Source: Patescibacteria group bacterium
GTDB lineage: Bacteria > Patescibacteriota > Saccharimonadia > Saccharimonadales > 2-12-FULL-41-12
Direction of reading: 5' to 3'
Length of the DNA stretch: 64,000 nucleotides
Assembly (NCBI GenBank): GCA_038064875.1
Contig: JBBTSC010000001.1
Location: 443,004 to 507,003, forward strand
Position 1 is the stretch's first letter; the number at the start of each line of letters is the position of its first letter. Below, piece after piece: positions 60,358 through 64,000 of the stretch. The translations under genes and the position numbers were made by a program. The notes below the pieces were generated by a model that worked only from the letters and a program-made list of their open reading frames with translations, was not told where the DNA came from and searched no databases.

Positions 60358-61434
60358 ATGGGTGGCCAAAACAAAACACTAATCTTCAAAGACAGACCGA
60401 TTTTCGGGCTAGATATTGGCTCTAGCACTGTTAAAGTGATGCAACTCTCTGAAGTCAACAAAAAGACCTGTAAGCTACAGGCGTACGGAGTTGGCAAGTT
60501 TGATCAGTCGGCTATCAAAGATGGGGTTATCGAAGACTTTGACTCTATGGCAAAGTCTATAGTTGAGCTTTTTAACAAAAATGTCGTCGGCAAAGTCACC
60601 ACCTCGCGCGTTGCGATGACAGTCCCGGCTAATCATACATTCAGCAAAGTATTGACCCTACCCAAGATTAAGGCTAGTGAGCTTAAACAAGCTGTAGAAC
60701 TAGAATCAGAGCAATATATCCCGATGGCTTTTGATGAGCTATATTTTGACTACTCGGTTATAGAGTCTAGGAAAGACGATATTGAGGTATTAGTGGTTGC
60801 ATCTCCTAGAAAAATTGTTGATTCACATATGACACTAGCCAGGCTTTTAGGTCTTGAGCCCATTGCCTTTGAAACAAATATAAGTGCTGTGGCGAGACTT
60901 TTTGAAAAACAAGACCAGCACAACGATGTTCCTTCTGTTTTAATAGATCTTGGATCTTTCTCTTCAGACATAACTATCCACGACAAGACAATGATTGTCA
61001 CCAACACCATACCTTCTGGTGGCGAAATGTTTACCAACAGCCTTGTAGAGAAACTGAACGTAAGCCCTCAAGAAGCCCATATAATCAAGACTAAGTACGG
61101 GCTGGGAAAAAGCAAAAAGCAAAAACAAGTTATCGAAGCGCTGACTCCTGAACTAGAGCAACTTATCAAAGAGATTAAGAGAATGATCCGATACTATGAA
61201 GATAGAGTTGATAAAAAATCTCAGATTGGCCAGATAGTAACTATGGGTGGCGGTGCGAATATGCTTGGACTTAGTGAATACATAATCCAATCTCTACGGC
61301 TACCAGTACGGACATGCAACCCTTGGCAAAATATTGACCTCAATAAATTACAATCACCTTCACAAATAGAAAAATCAATGTACGTAACAGTAGCTGGATT
61401 AGCCCTGATTGACTCAAAGGAGATCTTTGCATGA
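60358..61434 (+). CDS. pilM: type IV pilus assembly protein PilM (actin-like ATPase fold)
   Basis: FGLDIGSSTVKVMQL start and its position in the pilMNO order. Confidence 0.85.
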   Translation: MGGQNKTLIFKDRPIFGLDIGSSTVKVMQLSEVNKKTCKLQAYGVGKFDQSAIKDGVIEDFDSMAKSIVELFNKNVVGKVTTSRVAMTVPANHTFSKVLTLPKIKASELKQAVELESEQYIPMAFDELYFDYSVIESRKDDIEVLVVASPRKIVDSHMTLARLLGLEPIAFETNISAVARLFEKQDQHNDVPSVLIDLGSFSSDITIHDKTMIVTNTIPSGGEMFTNSLVEKLNVSPQEAHIIKTKYGLGKSKKQKQVIEALTPELEQLIKEIKRMIRYYEDRVDKKSQIGQIVTMGGGANMLGLSEYIIQSLRLPVRTCNPWQNIDLNKLQSPSQIEKSMYVTVAGLALIDSKEIFA

Positions 61435-62054
61435 TAAATCTACTACCTACAGACTATAGAGAAGATATATTCTATGCACGAAAAAACACTATTTTAATAA
61501 AGTGGCTAGTGGTTTTGGTGATTTCAAGCTTGGGCGTAGCTCTTATAATCGTCAGTGGGCTACTATACACTAGGCATCTTGCTCAAGTTCAGTCTAAAGA
61601 AAATAGTGTAAAACTTGAGAGCCTAAAATCTCAGAATATTGATGAGGTTAACAAAGAACTAGCTACGATCTCTGACAACATAAAATTAACGCTACAAGTT
61701 CTCTCTAAAGAAGTTCTGTTCTCAAAACTTATCAAACAAATTGGTTCGATTCTGCCAGCCAACACCGCGCTAGATGGTCTGACTATTGAAAGTATCGAAG
61801 GTGGCCTAACACTAAAAGCATCAGCTCAAGATGTCGAGTCAGCTACCCAACTCCAACTTAATTTAGAAGATAAAAACAATGGCATTTTTGAAAAAGCAGA
61901 TATAGATAACATTTCATGCAAAACAGAATCCTCAGGAGGATATCCTTGCACGGTCCTAATAAGAGCAGTCTTCAAAAAACAGAATAACCCTTACCTATTC
62001 ATCGACCCCAAATATGCTCCAAAAGCCAGCAGTAGCACGGAGAAAAAACCATGA
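61431..62054 (+). CDS. pilN: PilN-like bitopic membrane protein
   Basis: MINLLP start, a single TM helix and a 4-nt overlap with pilM. Confidence 0.7.
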   Translation: MINLLPTDYREDIFYARKNTILIKWLVVLVISSLGVALIIVSGLLYTRHLAQVQSKENSVKLESLKSQNIDEVNKELATISDNIKLTLQVLSKEVLFSKLIKQIGSILPANTALDGLTIESIEGGLTLKASAQDVESATQLQLNLEDKNNGIFEKADIDNISCKTESSGGYPCTVLIRAVFKKQNNPYLFIDPKYAPKASSSTEKKP

Positions 62055-62692
62055 ATTCAAAAAGATTTTTCTACGCACTAATAGCGCTTGTCACCCTAAC
62101 ACTTATGGCAATTATTGGAATGGCAGTGCTGGGCAATATTGTTCTTAAAAAACAGTCCGTAAAACTTATAGAAGCAAAGACTGAGTACGCTAGCTTGGAA
62201 GCCCAGGAAATATCGCTCAACCAAGCCAAGAAAGATGTAATCAAATATTCTGAACTGAATAAACTGACAAAGAGCATTGTCCCTCAAGACAAAGACCAAG
62301 CAAAAACCGTGAGAGAAATATACAAAATAGCTGCAAATAATGGTGTGCCCGTTAAGTCTATAGTCTTCAATAGCTCAACCTTAGGTCAAACCACCTCAAA
62401 TGCCTCAGGCGGTAGCACCACCACAAAAACCAAGCAAACTCCTCCACCTATCACCCAAGCAAAGCCTGTTGAGGGCATAAATGGGGTTTATACTATAGAA
62501 ATAGTGATATCAAATGATTCTGAAAGCCTAGTGAGCTATAACAACATCATAAAATTCTTGAGTTCTCTAGAATCAAATAGACGGACTGCCCATATCAGCA
62601 ATATCATCCTGACCCCTGACAGAAAGAACAATAACAACCTAACTTATAACATCACTTTAAAGGTTTACGTTAAACCAGAGGCAACCAAATGA
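62051..62692 (+). CDS. pilO: PilO-like bitopic membrane protein
   Basis: Single TM helix, coiled coil, position after pilN and a 4-nt overlap. Confidence 0.6.
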   Translation: MNSKRFFYALIALVTLTLMAIIGMAVLGNIVLKKQSVKLIEAKTEYASLEAQEISLNQAKKDVIKYSELNKLTKSIVPQDKDQAKTVREIYKIAANNGVPVKSIVFNSSTLGQTTSNASGGSTTTKTKQTPPPITQAKPVEGINGVYTIEIVISNDSESLVSYNNIIKFLSSLESNRRTAHISNIILTPDRKNNNNLTYNITLKVYVKPEATK

Positions 62693-62985
62693 AAGATATA
62701 AATGTATCAGTATACTTAGAAAAAATAAAGAACGGTTTTGTTTCTTATCGAAAAGTAATTTTTGTGGTGTTCATAATATTACTTTACTCGGCTCTAGTAT
62801 TCAGGATCAACCAACTATCTTCTCAGGCCCCGACTGATGACCAAATATCTCAAAAACTATCAGAGACAAAAAGGCCAAAAATCGATCAAGATTCACTGGA
62901 TAAAATACAAAAGCTTCAAGACGAAAGTGTATCAGTTCAGGCTCTATTCAAGGAAGCCAGAGATAATCCGTTCTCTGACGAATAA
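62689..62985 (+). CDS. small bitopic membrane protein, last gene of the pilus operon
   Basis: Track ORF with a 4-nt overlap with the pilO-like gene and one TM helix. Confidence 0.45.
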   Translation: MKDINVSVYLEKIKNGFVSYRKVIFVVFIILLYSALVFRINQLSSQAPTDDQISQKLSETKRPKIDQDSLDKIQKLQDESVSVQALFKEARDNPFSDE

Positions 62986-62997
62986 TAGGGTAAACTA

Positions 62998-63576
62998 CTA
63001 TTCTGACTTGTGTTGCATTAAAAAGGATTCGCGTGCATCAAGTATTAACTTGGCAGCAACGTTAGGATTTACGCAATATGTGTAAGTAAAGTTATTCTGC
63101 TCACCTGCAGTCTCAATCTTCAAAACACCAAAATTAAATATCGTAGGGAATATTCCCTCTTTGTGACTTGTAACATCCTCTATATTCGTCATCGCGATTT
63201 CTGAGACTTTGCGATTGAATAATCCTATCTGATTTATCAGAGTCACATTCCTAGTGGTCACAATCAACAAGCTCCTGTTATATATCCATGTCGCTATCAG
63301 CAAAAACAAAACCACTAGCACCAAAGCAATGAGCCCAAATAGTCCAACAATTGCATTAGTCGCGCCAGAAGAAAGACCAAGGGTCTCTGTCACAGATGGC
63401 AGTAAAAATACTATCAAAAGTGTTGACAGCAAAAGTGCAAAAGTCGCTTGTATATATAGGATAATAATCCCAAAAGGGTGTCTTCGAATCTCGGTGAGCT
63501 TTTGTTCGCCAACGCTCAGTGTGTCTATGGCTGTCTTTGTTGCAGTAGGATCTACTCCCTGATAACTATCGTGCAT
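62998..63576 (-). CDS. membrane protein with a bacterial PH domain (YdbS/YdbT-like)
   Basis: RRHPFGIIILY, two TM helices and a C-terminal bPH-like region. Confidence 0.65.
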   Translation of the reverse strand: MHDSYQGVDPTATKTAIDTLSVGEQKLTEIRRHPFGIIILYIQATFALLLSTLLIVFLLPSVTETLGLSSGATNAIVGLFGLIALVLVVLFLLIATWIYNRSLLIVTTRNVTLINQIGLFNRKVSEIAMTNIEDVTSHKEGIFPTIFNFGVLKIETAGEQNNFTYTYCVNPNVAAKLILDARESFLMQHKSE

Positions 63577-63584
63577 AGGTATAA

Positions 63585-64000
63585 TTATAGCAGTTTTTCT
63601 TGCTTAGTATCTTTGTGGCTGGATGGGAAATCTTTTTTCAAATGTTTGTAGGCCTTTTCTGTAACCTTTCGCCCTCTTGGAGTCCTTTCCAGAAGTCCTA
63701 TCTGCATCAGGTACGGCTCAAAGAAATCCTCTATAGTGATCTTCTCATCACCGGTCAACGCAGAAATTGTATCAAGCCCCACAGGACGTGTCTGATAATT
63801 TTCAATTATAGTCTGCAGTATCTTCCTATCTGCCGGGTCAAGCCCGAGCTCGTCAATCTCAAGCATCTCCATTGCCTTATGGCTGATAACCCCGTCGATA
63901 AATCCATCACCGTTAACATCAGCATAATCACGCACTCTCTTAAGGAGCCTGTTGGCTATTCGTGGAGTCAGACGCGATCTCTTTGCTAAATGCTCAGCTG
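63585..64000 (-). CDS. ruvB: Holliday junction helicase RuvB, C-terminal part; the gene runs off the right edge
   Basis: The frame stays open to 64000 (...[28 protein letters not shown]...), and the LDPADRKIL...[18 protein letters not shown] winged-helix domain is present. Confidence 0.9.
   Translation of the reverse strand, partial: AEHLAKRSRLTPRIANRLLKRVRDYADVNGDGFIDGVISHKAMEMLEIDELGLDPADRKILQTIIENYQTRPVGLDTISALTGDEKITIEDFFEPYLMQIGLLERTPRGRKVTEKAYKHLKKDFPSSHKDTKQEKLL

Noticed and set aside
1-64000. An alternative genetic code (UGA as a sense codon, as in some CPR lineages).
   Set aside because: Long uninterrupted ORFs are obtained with the standard code. TGA also clearly terminates genes here, for example rsmA at 6037-6039 and the desaturase at 40241-40243.
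1-64000. A prophage, integrative element, transposon, defence system (RM, CRISPR-Cas, toxin-antitoxin, retron) or biosynthetic gene cluster.
   Set aside because: I recognised no integrase, transposase, reverse transcriptase, nuclease-methylase pair, cas gene, or capsid/terminase-like product. The foreign-looking segments are single genes without mobility genes.

Overview
Gene-dense window of about 40% GC. From gene content alone it reads like a streamlined bacterium with a Gram-positive-type envelope, from the CPR/Patescibacteria and most plausibly Saccharibacteria (TM7)-like. This placement is an inference I cannot verify here.

Contents: about 75 protein genes, 7 tRNAs (all with an encoded CCA) and one tmRNA. 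I saw no rRNA, CRISPR array, integrase or transposase.

Housekeeping blocks: tatD-metG; rsmA; pcrA/uvrD; pyk-pgk-tpiA; folD; glyA; purF-purN-purD with prs; rny; tsaB/tsaE; a recA...recX operon; ruvB (partial).

The envelope gene set is large: a murD-like ligase coupled to a PP-loop protein, murB, an HTH-murA fusion, murT-gatD, an RpfB-like muralytic protein and an LPXTG surface protein. There is also a type IV pilus cluster, pilB-pilC-pilA-pilM-pilN-pilO.

Observations worth a second look:
1. Two GC-rich (50-63%) single-gene islands in a 37-43% GC background. One encodes a secreted Cys-rich protein bracketed by a short direct repeat; the other encodes an actinobacterial-type acyl-CoA desaturase.
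2. tRNA-derived relics beside tRNA genes at four loci: a decayed tRNA-Glu copy transcribed as a leader, a tRNA-Ala-like acceptor minihelix with G3:U70 and ACCA, a 16-nt duplicate of the tRNA-Pro 3' end closing a roughly 117-nt hairpin-rich element between two terminators, and a weak tRNA-Lys relic.
3. A candidate leader-peptide attenuator in front of an unknown ORF plus ilvE.
4. A possible MurD2/MurL-type pair.
5. A membrane-anchored double-AAA+ Clp-like ATPase with a degenerate first Walker B motif.

Everything rests on reading the sequence and on motif recognition by eye. No searches or folding programs were run.
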